Assembly: GCA_964549185.1 (NCBI GenBank)
Contig: CAZJUI010000003.1
Location: 11,255 to 75,254 of the forward strand
DNA length: 64,000 nt
Reading direction: 5' to 3'
Source of the DNA: Candidatus Woesearchaeota archaeon
GTDB taxonomy: Archaea > Nanobdellota > Nanobdellia > SCGC-AAA011-G17 > JAGVZF01
Below, piece by piece: positions 50,187 to 58,998 of the stretch. Below the pieces are notes generated by a model. It made no database searches, was not told the DNA's origin, and saw only the letters and a list, made by a program, of their open reading frames with translations. The stretch's first letter is position 1; each line of letters begins with the position of its first letter. The position numbers were made by a program, and so were the translations under genes.

Positions 50187-53100
50187 TTATATTTTTGAAA
50201 TAAAACCTCTTCTGGGTTCAAAAACTTCACCCTGTCTTCTCAAATTCTCTATTATCTCTTCTACACTCTCTTTTGTTATTCCTTTTTCTATGGCTTCATT
50301 AATTAAATCCTCTATAGGAATACTTTTTCCAACTTTCCCTTCTAGCTCTGTTATTATATCTTTGATAGTTAATATTTTATTTCTGGTAGAAGCTGTTATT
50401 CCTGTACTTATCCTATCAATATCAATCTTTCCCGTCTCATAATCAAACCCAACTTGCATCAAGCAAGATTTTAATATTCTTATAGCTCTTCTAGAATCAT
50501 CTCTTGTTACTTTATCACTTAATCTTATCTTTGCGCTTGCTTCACTTAATCTTACTAAAGCTTCTAACTGTCTTGCACTTATCGGAATTGGTTGAACTCC
50601 TTCTCCGCCTTGCACATTGCTATTTCTTAGTTCAACATAAAAACTTTTAATTTCATCTATAGCTTGATCAGTTAAAATAGGGAATACATTTTGCTTTGCA
50701 TATGAAACATAGATTTTTAATAGCCCAACAGGAATTTCAGCTGCAAAACTTTTAGGTTTTTGTTGTAATGTCAATACATGGCTTGCTATTTTTTCATCTT
50801 TCTCTTTATTTGGCAAATCTCTTACTGGAAATATTAAATCAAATCTATTAATTAAAGTTGGTGGTAAATCAATTTGTGCAGCTATAGGTTGATAAGGATC
50901 AAATCTTCCAAGCTTAGGATTGGCAGCAGCTAATAAAGTTGTTTCTGCTCTCAATGTGGCTTGAACATTTGCCTTGTTTATCGTAATAGAGTTATGTAAA
51001 ACCATATTATTAGATATAAAGCTATGTGTCTTTTCTATCATAATATCATAAACCCATTTTAATCCTGGATTTTGTATAATCTCTACAGATTTAATTTTAG
51101 ACCATCTTATTTTTCCAAAAGCAAGTTTTTTCAGCTCTCTTAAATCTGGAATAACCGAAAGCATACTATCTATTTCTAGTAATAATAGCTTTTGATATTT
51201 ATCATTTTCAATATCTCTTTCTTCATTTTGCATTAGCATATAACTGGAAATACCAATTTTTTTTGAAATACTTAAAATAGAAAATTCTAAATATTCTCTT
51301 ATTTTTCCTAAATCTTGCGATTTTTTTGTTTTTCTTACACTATTCTTTGCTTGCAATAATCTTTCTAGCTTTTCTTCAACCAAAATTATCATCTTTTGTA
51401 AGAATATGCGATGTTTATTATAACCCATGCAGATTTGATTTCCAAGATATTTCTTTTTATTTATCTTTAATCTTTTAAATATGCTATTTATTTGTTCTGT
51501 TGAATTCGGTATAATATCTGTTATAGATCTATATGTTTTTTCTTTATTAAGATAATGTTCAAGTCTATTTTGTTTCTTTTTTGATGTAAATCCTATATTT
51601 TCGTAATATTTTTTTAAATTTTCTTGTCCAGAAATATCAACTTTAAAAAACGCTCTATCTTTATATATGGAAGAGGTTATGCCAAATCTAAGAAGCAATT
51701 CTGTAATCTGATTAGCAAGTTCTATGTTTTCAGATATTATCGATACTCTACAGCCATTTCTTTTAACCATAACCACAGTTCCATCGCCATCAAATAATGC
51801 TCTTAAGAGAAATGCCAAATCTTCTTTTCTACATTTCATAATTTTTTCTGGTATTTTTTTGTATATTCCTTTCTCAACAAGATTTTCATCAAGATTTCTT
51901 AATAGAGTAAACACCCTTTTTGAAACAACCCTTACAGCATATTGATTATTTCTTTGTGTTATCCCAGGATCGATATTAAATAATTTTTTTATAGAGTTTG
52001 AATAATCATTAATTAAATCTTTATCATTGTTCCAGAATTGTATTCCATTTTTTATACCTCTATTTAATTCATAACATCCATCGGTTATATGATATCCCAA
52101 AAGTTTAGATAATTCTGGACCATTTTTAAAAGGGGCTATCTCAAATTTTTGTTCTTCACCAGATATTGGCAGCTCTCCTGGAACCGGAAAAAATTCTCCA
52201 GCACAAATATTTTTTGCAGGGATTGTAATTATCTTTCCATCTTTAACTATCCAACAAGGATGTTCTATAGTTACAGTTATCTTTTTCCCATTATTGAGAT
52301 TTATTCTAACTAATTTATCTGGTGCAATATGCCTACTTAATTTATTTATTCTGACAGGGTAAATAGATTCGAAATTAGTTGTTAAAATTTTTATATCCTC
52401 TTTTAACGGAAGAATTTGGCAATTGATTCCTTCTTGTATATCATTCTTATATTTTTCCATTAATGAATTTACTAAATATCCAATTTTTGTTTTAGAGCCG
52501 TCAGCCAAACTAAGTTCTAAGTTGGGCATATAACATTGTTGTTCCAGCGCCTCATGTAATGCACTCCTATCTTCAGGATTCATTTTATCTAATTCATCAA
52601 CAACAGCAATTCCTTTGTTAGCTAAAACCAAAGCTCCAGCTTCTAATGCAAATCCTTTCAAGAATTCATCTTTAACAACACTTGCTGTTATCCCAGCTGA
52701 AGTTGCACCCTTTCCACTTATGAATCGCACTTTAGGAGCAGCTTTGCTGATAAATTGCAACATCTGACTTTTACCTGAATTATGACAAACTATTCCATTT
52801 GCAATAAAACTATGACTTAGAGGAACTTCAAAATCATAAACATCCATAAATCCATAAGGAATTATTTTAACAACCTTTTCATATCTTTGATATCCTTTTC
52901 TTTTCATATCATCATTTCTATTTCTTATCACTTCCAAAACTTTTTCTAAAGCTCTTTTCTTTTTCTCAGAATTAAACCCAATAGATTTGATAAATAATTC
53001 CATATCAAAAGATCTCCTTATGCATAAATTATCCTCAATAATTCTAGACTGTATTCCGAAATACAATAATAACAACTGCACATCTTTTAATAAATCAACA

Positions 53101-54923
53101 TTTACAGATTTTAATTGTATAGAACATCTTCCTCTTCCAATGCCAAATGCACATCCATCAGCGTCAAAAAGCCAGCTAATAAACTTTGCAACAACATTTT
53201 TCGGACTTTTAAATATTTGTTGAGGAACTCTTTTATTTGATAAAAATGAAAGTGATTGTGCAATTTGTCTGCTATTAATTTCCATAAGATGAATATCCTG
53301 TGTTGAAACAAACTGTCTTAATAATCCATTTCCATCATCTATAATTTTTATTTGAGGATTTACCTCTCTCTGAATTGTACTTGGTTCAATATTAAAAGTA
53401 TTTTTCCACATTAAAGATATTTTATTAATCAAATCAGCCTCTTCTTCATTAACATAACATGTTATTCTGTAACCATTAGGATGAACATTTCCATCTCCTA
53501 TTATATATCCACATAAACCAGCTAAATCTTCAGTGAATTTTTCAGGAAGAGAAACTTCTTTTAGCACTCCAGATTTTTTTTCTACTCTTGCAAAATTAGT
53601 ATCCATTAATTTATTAACCTTATTTGGTATTTTTGGCATAACCCTTATTTTTGTATTTAATGGAATTTCATCTGCTCTTTTCCAACCTTCTTTTGTTAAA
53701 AAAGGCTGATTATATGTACAAACAACTTCTTTTCCAGTTTCTGTGATAACCTTAAGTACAGGCTGATAGTCATATTTTTGAAAAACAGTTGCACAATCAT
53801 AATATCTGTCTTTTGCATTTTTTCTTATCTTGGTTACAAATTCCCTAATTGGTTGTCCATGGAATTTTCCTAAACTCTGTATTTTATCCATGCCCTTCCA
53901 GACCATTGCAACTTGAGAATCTCCAGCAATACATCCAGGATCGCCAACTGTTAAAATATGCAAATCCCCTCTTGTTCTTGTTCCATCCTCTTTTATTTTC
54001 TTTACCCCACCGAATAATTGTAAAACTAAAGCCTCTTTAATATCATCATGTCCATAAATGGATGGAGCAATAGATTGAGTTAATTTTTCATATATCAAAG
54101 GATCTTTAGCCAACTCTTTTATTTTATCTACATCTTCTTTCTTTAAATCAAGTTCTTCAAAAGCTTCCTCTATAGGTTCAATATAATTACATTCAATCAT
54201 TAAATCATATCTTATTAACTGTCCGCCACCAGGAGCTGTTATTGGAATCTCTCTTATTATTCCCATTATTCTTACCTTAGTTCCAGGTGTTGTTTTCTTT
54301 TCCATTCTTGGCTCAACTAAATCTTCTTTCAAGAAAACAGCCATTCTTTTTGCTTGCTCTCCCCCCTCTAAATTTTCAGGACTCTCTTCAATTACAACTC
54401 TCTGAGCATCAACTAAATCTTTGCTTAATAATCTGAATTTTCCCTTTCTTCCGCAACTGCATCTAGAAGGCTCTTTAAATTTTACATCAACTTGCAATAT
54501 TGTTAATGTATTTCCGCAGCTCGGACATTCAAACTTTGCACTTGTAACTTGCGGCCTTACATCACTTGTCTGTCTTACTATTCCATCAACAACAACAAAC
54601 TTATTCAGATGATTGCTTCTAATATTTTTAATATGTATCCCTTGAGAATCAGGAAGATTGGTAAATCTAACTCTATTTAAAAAACCACTTTCACTAACTC
54701 CAAGCTCAGGCATATCAATTTGAGAAAGTGCAACTTCCCCTGCTTTAATTGTCTCTTCAGGATCATCTAAAACATCTTCACTCAACTCAGGACTAAACTC
54801 ACTTAATTCTTTGAAATCAATCAACAAAGATTTTGCTCCTTTACTAACTAATTCATATAATTTCTTTTCATAAACTTTTTCTACAAATTCTTTAAATAGT
54901 TCAATCTGTTTTGCAGCTTCCAT
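50187..54923 (-). CDS. mcm: MCM replicative helicase interrupted by two inteins (678-aa extein)
   Basis: 1578 aa. N-terminal Zn finger CPSCG...CSCG, Walker A split as GDPG|C...HN|SGKSQ, second insertion ALEQQ|C...HN|SITINKANV, then arginine-finger and WH regions. Confidence 0.85.
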   Translation of the reverse strand: MEAAKQIELFKEFVEKVYEKKLYELVSKGAKSLLIDFKELSEFSPELSEDVLDDPEETIKAGEVALSQIDMPELGVSESGFLNRVRFTNLPDSQGIHIKNIRSNHLNKFVVVDGIVRQTSDVRPQVTSAKFECPSCGNTLTILQVDVKFKEPSRCSCGRKGKFRLLSKDLVDAQRVVIEESPENLEGGEQAKRMAVFLKEDLVEPRMEKKTTPGTKVRIMGIIREIPITAPGGGQLIRYDLMIECNYIEPIEEAFEELDLKKEDVDKIKELAKDPLIYEKLTQSIAPSIYGHDDIKEALVLQLFGGVKKIKEDGTRTRGDLHILTVGDPGCIAGDSQVAMVWKGMDKIQSLGKFHGQPIREFVTKIRKNAKDRYYDCATVFQKYDYQPVLKVITETGKEVVCTYNQPFLTKEGWKRADEIPLNTKIRVMPKIPNKVNKLMDTNFARVEKKSGVLKEVSLPEKFTEDLAGLCGYIIGDGNVHPNGYRITCYVNEEEADLINKISLMWKNTFNIEPSTIQREVNPQIKIIDDGNGLLRQFVSTQDIHLMEINSRQIAQSLSFLSNKRVPQQIFKSPKNVVAKFISWLFDADGCAFGIGRGRCSIQLKSVNVDLLKDVQLLLLYFGIQSRIIEDNLCIRRSFDMELFIKSIGFNSEKKKRALEKVLEVIRNRNDDMKRKGYQRYEKVVKIIPYGFMDVYDFEVPLSHSFIANGIVCHNSGKSQMLQFISKAAPKVRFISGKGATSAGITASVVKDEFLKGFALEAGALVLANKGIAVVDELDKMNPEDRSALHEALEQQCYMPNLELSLADGSKTKIGYLVNSLMEKYKNDIQEGINCQILPLKEDIKILTTNFESIYPVRINKLSRHIAPDKLVRINLNNGKKITVTIEHPCWIVKDGKIITIPAKNICAGEFFPVPGELPISGEEQKFEIAPFKNGPELSKLLGYHITDGCYELNRGIKNGIQFWNNDKDLINDYSNSIKKLFNIDPGITQRNNQYAVRVVSKRVFTLLRNLDENLVEKGIYKKIPEKIMKCRKEDLAFLLRALFDGDGTVVMVKRNGCRVSIISENIELANQITELLLRFGITSSIYKDRAFFKVDISGQENLKKYYENIGFTSKKKQNRLEHYLNKEKTYRSITDIIPNSTEQINSIFKRLKINKKKYLGNQICMGYNKHRIFLQKMIILVEEKLERLLQAKNSVRKTKKSQDLGKIREYLEFSILSISKKIGISSYMLMQNEERDIENDKYQKLLLLEIDSMLSVIPDLRELKKLAFGKIRWSKIKSVEIIQNPGLKWVYDIMIEKTHSFISNNMVLHNSITINKANVQATLRAETTLLAAANPKLGRFDPYQPIAAQIDLPPTLINRFDLIFPVRDLPNKEKDEKIASHVLTLQQKPKSFAAEIPVGLLKIYVSYAKQNVFPILTDQAIDEIKSFYVELRNSNVQGGEGVQPIPISARQLEALVRLSEASAKIRLSDKVTRDDSRRAIRILKSCLMQVGFDYETGKIDIDRISTGITASTRNKILTIKDIITELEGKVGKSIPIEDLINEAIEKGITKESVEEIIENLRRQGEVFEPRRGFISKI
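50991..52535 (-). mobile_element. MCM intein 2 (515 aa) with LAGLIDADG endonuclease
   Basis: CYMPNLELSLADGS...LLGYHITDGCY...LFDGDGTV...MVLHN|SITI. The flanks rejoin to the conserved MCM EQQ-(S/T)I(S/T)IAKA region. Confidence 0.8.
52779..53933 (-). mobile_element. MCM intein 1 (385 aa) in the Walker A P-loop, with LAGLIDADG endonuclease
   Basis: CIAGDSQVAMV...LAGLCGYIIGDGNV...WLFDADGCA...IVCHN|S. Confidence 0.8.
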
Positions 54924-54942
54924 TTGTCACCTTTTAGAATAT

Positions 54943-55488
54943 TTATTTCTTATTTACTTTCTTTAATCTGACAATTAAACCATCAACTGCTTCCCTTAAT
55001 TTAACTTCGCTTCTTGTTCCAGTACAAACAATCTTTCCATTGCTAAACAATAAAAAGGTTGCTCTTGTCCCAGGTAATTTATATACTAATCCTGGAAATT
55101 GTTCTGGCTCATATTCTGTATTTTCTAATTTCATGGCTAAGTCATTTAAGTTTAAATCTATTCCTATGGCCCCACTTGCTACCATATTTTGAACTTTAAT
55201 TACAGGAACTATTTTGATTTTTATTCCAATTTTCTCTACATTTTTGATTATCATCTGTATACTTTCTTTTACCTTAGTCATGCTCTTAGCTCCAGTACAA
55301 ACTATTTTACCAGAACTAAAAATTAAGGCACTTGTCTTTGGCTCTCTAATTCTCATAACCAACCCCGGAAATTGCTCAGGATTGTATTCTGTGTTTGGTA
55401 ACGCTTCTGCTAGCTTAATTAAAGGTATATCATGCTCCAAAGCTGTTGAAGCTACAATATTTTGGATTTTAATCTCTTTCTTAACCAT
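54943..55488 (-). CDS. tbp: TATA-box-binding protein
   Basis: 181 aa, two direct repeats (IQNIVAS...PGLVMRI and VQNMVAS...PGLVYKL). Confidence 0.9.
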   Translation of the reverse strand: MVKKEIKIQNIVASTALEHDIPLIKLAEALPNTEYNPEQFPGLVMRIREPKTSALIFSSGKIVCTGAKSMTKVKESIQMIIKNVEKIGIKIKIVPVIKVQNMVASGAIGIDLNLNDLAMKLENTEYEPEQFPGLVYKLPGTRATFLLFSNGKIVCTGTRSEVKLREAVDGLIVRLKKVNKK

Positions 55489-55596
55489 ACTTAATCATTC
55501 CCCCTCTCTTTTTTTAACCCTTTATTTATAAACTAAGATAGAAAAGTATTTAAAGCTATTTATAAAGGAATAATTATTTTATAGTCGTTAAATGTC

Positions 55597-58449
55597 TTAT
55601 TTTACCGTATTAAATCCAATCTCAAACTCATGATCTCTTACTTTAAATTTATCTATATTTCTAAATACTTCATCACTATTAAACTCTAAAATTTTAGCTC
55701 CAGCTCTTGTTTTTATCTCTTTTTCCTGATTACTTAGATCATATTTGCTTTTAATATTTAATTCAATCTTATCTTGTTTCTTTAATCCAGCTTTCTTTCT
55801 CAAATTTTGTATCCTTCTTGTAACTTCTCTTGAATATCCTTCAATTTCCAACTCTTTATCGGTTTCAAAATCCAAACACAATTTTCCATAATCAAATTCT
55901 ATATCAAAATGTTTTAATTTCTTTTCTATAACAATCTCCTTAACATTTAATTGATTTTTGATTACATCAATAAATCCAGACATCAAATTACTATCTTTAT
56001 CATCATTCAACGCAATAAACAATCTCCTTAATGGCCATCTAACATTAACTTGATTTTTTTCTCTTAAAGCTAGTCCAGCCTGCATTACTTTCTCAGCTAT
56101 CTTCATCCCATCTTCTAATGTATTACTAATAGCATCTTTATCAAATTCTGGCCAATTCATTAAAAATATGCTTTCAGCTTTCTCATGCTTTCTAAAGTGT
56201 TTCTGATATAACTCTTCTGCTAAAAATGGAACAAAAGGAGATATCAATTTTAATAAATTTAAATTAACCCCATATAATGTTTTTATTGCTCCTTCTCTGT
56301 TTTCTCCATCTTCTTGCTGAATCCTATCTCTTATTAGTTGTATATAACCTTTAGATAATGTATTTGTAAAGAATTCTTCTAAATCTCTTGTAACAACTTG
56401 CGGTTTTAACCCTTCCAAGTTTTCAGTCACATCTCTTATCAGTCTATTTAACCTTGATAATATCCATCTGTCTTCATTATTTAATGTTGCATCTTTATTT
56501 ATCTTTTTACCAACTGCTTGTTCTAGATAAGTATTCAAATTAATCAACATATTTAATGTAACTTTAACTTCATTTGCTATAGTATATCCGAAATTAACAT
56601 TAAATGAGGGATTAGATTTAACATAAATCCAACGCATAATATCTGCGCCCATTTTATCAACAGCTTCATCAAACCATATTGCATTTCCCCAGCTTTTATG
56701 CATCGGTCTTCCAAGCTCATCATGCACTTTTTCATAACTTAAAACATTAAGATAAGGTGTTCTATTTTCTAAAGTGACAGCCATGAATAACATCGAATAA
56801 AACCATAATCTAACTTGCTCTCTCATTTCAATAACTAATTCACTTGGAAACCATTTTTTCCAATATTCTTTATCATCTAAATAATGTAAGGTTGAGAATG
56901 GAACAATTCCAGCATCTAACCAACAATCTCCAACTTCTTTTATTCTTGTAGCTTCTTTTTTACATTGATCACATTTTATCTTAACATTATCAATCCAAGG
57001 TCTATGTAATTCTTTTAATTGATCCAATCCACTTATCGCTTTCTTTTCTAATTCTTTTTTAGTAGAAATAAAAGTTTCATGATTATTCTCACATACCCAA
57101 ACAGGCATCGGTAATCCCCAATATCTTTTTCTTGATATACACCAATCTCCCATATTGTCAAGCCAATCTTGCATTAACTTCCCGATATGTTCAGGATACC
57201 AAGTAACATTATTGGCAGCTCTCTTCATCAAAGGTCTTATTTCATCACAAGAAATAAACCACTCATTTACTAATCTGAAAACAATTTCTGTTCCACATCT
57301 CCAACATACAGGATATCTATGTTTATAATCTTCAACTTTAAACAAAAATCCTTTTTTGTCTAAATCATTTATTATCCCATTTGCAATTCCTTTAACATTT
57401 TTTCCAGTAAGCCATCCATATCCAGAAACATAATTTCCATTTTCATCTAAAGGACATGGTTCTTTTAATTGATGTTTTTTTCCTAAAGCATTATCTTCAG
57501 CTCCGCATCCAGGAGCAATATGAACAATTCCAGTTCCCTCTTCCTCTCCAACATTTTCCCAGGCAATTACTGTATGTTTTATTCCCCTTTGTATATCTAA
57601 ATCTTGATAAGGACTTTCATATTCCAATCCGACTAGATCTAATCCTTTTATCGTATCCAAAACAACATAATCTCCTCTTAAATTTTTTAAAGTTCCCTCT
57701 GCTAAATAAAATATTTTATTATCTTTGCTTACTTGGCTATAATTAAAATCAGGATTAACAGCAGCAGCCACATTTGCAGTCAAAGTCCATGCTGTTGTTG
57801 TCCATATCAATAAATATTCATTCTCTCTTCCTTTAATTTTACATTGAATAAAAACTCCAGGATGAACAATCTCTCTATAAGAATCAATTAATTCATGCTG
57901 GCTTAAACTTGTTCCACATCGATAACACCACTGCATCACTCTACTGCCTTTATATAACCAATTTTTTTCCTTACATTTATTTAAAAAATACCATATATGT
58001 TCGATATTATAATCATCCATAGTATAATAAGAATTATCCCAATCCATCCATTGCCCAAGTCTTATTGATTGTTGAGTTTGTATCTTACTGAATTTATTTA
58101 CTCTTTCTCTGCAAGCTACACTAAATTTATCCAATCCATAAGCTTCAATATCTTTTTTGCTGTTTAATCCAAGATCTCTTTCAACTTCAACTTCTACCCA
58201 TAATCCTTGACAATCAAATCCATTTTGATATCTTTGATCAAATCCTTGCATTGCCTTCCATCTTTGATAAACATCTTTGTAGGTTCTTCCCCAGGCATGA
58301 TGAACTCCCATCGGATTATTTGCTGTTATTGGTCCATCAAAAAAAGAAAATATTTCTTTATTTTTATTCTTCTTTCTTAATTTATCAAATACTTTATTCT
58401 CTTCCCAGAACTTTAATATTTTTTCTTCAACTTCTTTTGGATTATACAT
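55597..58449 (-). CDS. ileS: Class I aminoacyl-tRNA synthetase, most consistent with isoleucyl-tRNA synthetase
   Basis: 950 aa. PMGVHHAWG (HIGH-type), GFDCQGLWVEVE (GWDCHGLPIE-like), DCWLDAG (WFDSG-like), PMHKSWGN (KMSKS-type). LeuRS cannot be excluded by eye. Confidence 0.6.
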   Translation of the reverse strand: MYNPKEVEEKILKFWEENKVFDKLRKKNKNKEIFSFFDGPITANNPMGVHHAWGRTYKDVYQRWKAMQGFDQRYQNGFDCQGLWVEVEVERDLGLNSKKDIEAYGLDKFSVACRERVNKFSKIQTQQSIRLGQWMDWDNSYYTMDDYNIEHIWYFLNKCKEKNWLYKGSRVMQWCYRCGTSLSQHELIDSYREIVHPGVFIQCKIKGRENEYLLIWTTTAWTLTANVAAAVNPDFNYSQVSKDNKIFYLAEGTLKNLRGDYVVLDTIKGLDLVGLEYESPYQDLDIQRGIKHTVIAWENVGEEEGTGIVHIAPGCGAEDNALGKKHQLKEPCPLDENGNYVSGYGWLTGKNVKGIANGIINDLDKKGFLFKVEDYKHRYPVCWRCGTEIVFRLVNEWFISCDEIRPLMKRAANNVTWYPEHIGKLMQDWLDNMGDWCISRKRYWGLPMPVWVCENNHETFISTKKELEKKAISGLDQLKELHRPWIDNVKIKCDQCKKEATRIKEVGDCWLDAGIVPFSTLHYLDDKEYWKKWFPSELVIEMREQVRLWFYSMLFMAVTLENRTPYLNVLSYEKVHDELGRPMHKSWGNAIWFDEAVDKMGADIMRWIYVKSNPSFNVNFGYTIANEVKVTLNMLINLNTYLEQAVGKKINKDATLNNEDRWILSRLNRLIRDVTENLEGLKPQVVTRDLEEFFTNTLSKGYIQLIRDRIQQEDGENREGAIKTLYGVNLNLLKLISPFVPFLAEELYQKHFRKHEKAESIFLMNWPEFDKDAISNTLEDGMKIAEKVMQAGLALREKNQVNVRWPLRRLFIALNDDKDSNLMSGFIDVIKNQLNVKEIVIEKKLKHFDIEFDYGKLCLDFETDKELEIEGYSREVTRRIQNLRKKAGLKKQDKIELNIKSKYDLSNQEKEIKTRAGAKILEFNSDEVFRNIDKFKVRDHEFEIGFNTVK

Positions 58450-58530
58450 AAAAGAATTCTTATTTTTAAGGTTTTTAAAGTTTATGTTCTATTAGAAAGG
58501 TTTATAATATAAAATTTAGTAATAAAATAT

Positions 58531-58998
58531 ATGTCTATTAAGATAGAACATACTTCGTTTGTAACAATTACAGAAGAAAGATTAGGAGAAATTTCTAAAT
58601 ATAAATTTAGTGAAATCAATAAGAAACATTTTGGAAATGCAATTAATGATAATAATTTATACAAGCTATTGATCGATATAATGTTATATCATCCAAATTT
58701 AGTAGTAAGACATGAAGCATCTTTCTTATTGGGAGAATTAGAAATAAAAGAAGCTATCCCCTCATTAATGAATGTAGTAAAATTTGATAAGAGTATTGTA
58801 GCAAAACATGAAGCAATAGAAGCGATAAGAAAACTTGGAAAGAATATAGATTCCGTTTACGAATTTTTAAAAAGTTTGACTGATTTAAATTCTAAAATTT
58901 ATGATGAAGGTGTTTATCATCCAGATGTTCAAGCAACAGCAGAATTATCAATAAAGGAACTTGAAGAAGAAAGAAAGCTTTTACAAAGCAATTATTAA
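58531..58998 (+). CDS. HEAT/PBS-lyase-like repeat protein
   Basis: 155 aa with HEAT-like repeats VVRHEASFLLGEL and VAKHEAIEAIRKLG. Confidence 0.45.
   Translation: MSIKIEHTSFVTITEERLGEISKYKFSEINKKHFGNAINDNNLYKLLIDIMLYHPNLVVRHEASFLLGELEIKEAIPSLMNVVKFDKSIVAKHEAIEAIRKLGKNIDSVYEFLKSLTDLNSKIYDEGVYHPDVQATAELSIKELEEERKLLQSNY

Noticed and set aside
57456-57746. 96-aa plus-strand ORF inside the IleRS-like gene, and the other short antisense ORFs in the track (22328..22830, 36555..36824, 53111..53311, and similar)
   Set aside because: All are antisense to conserved genes and have low-complexity translations typical of AT-rich DNA.
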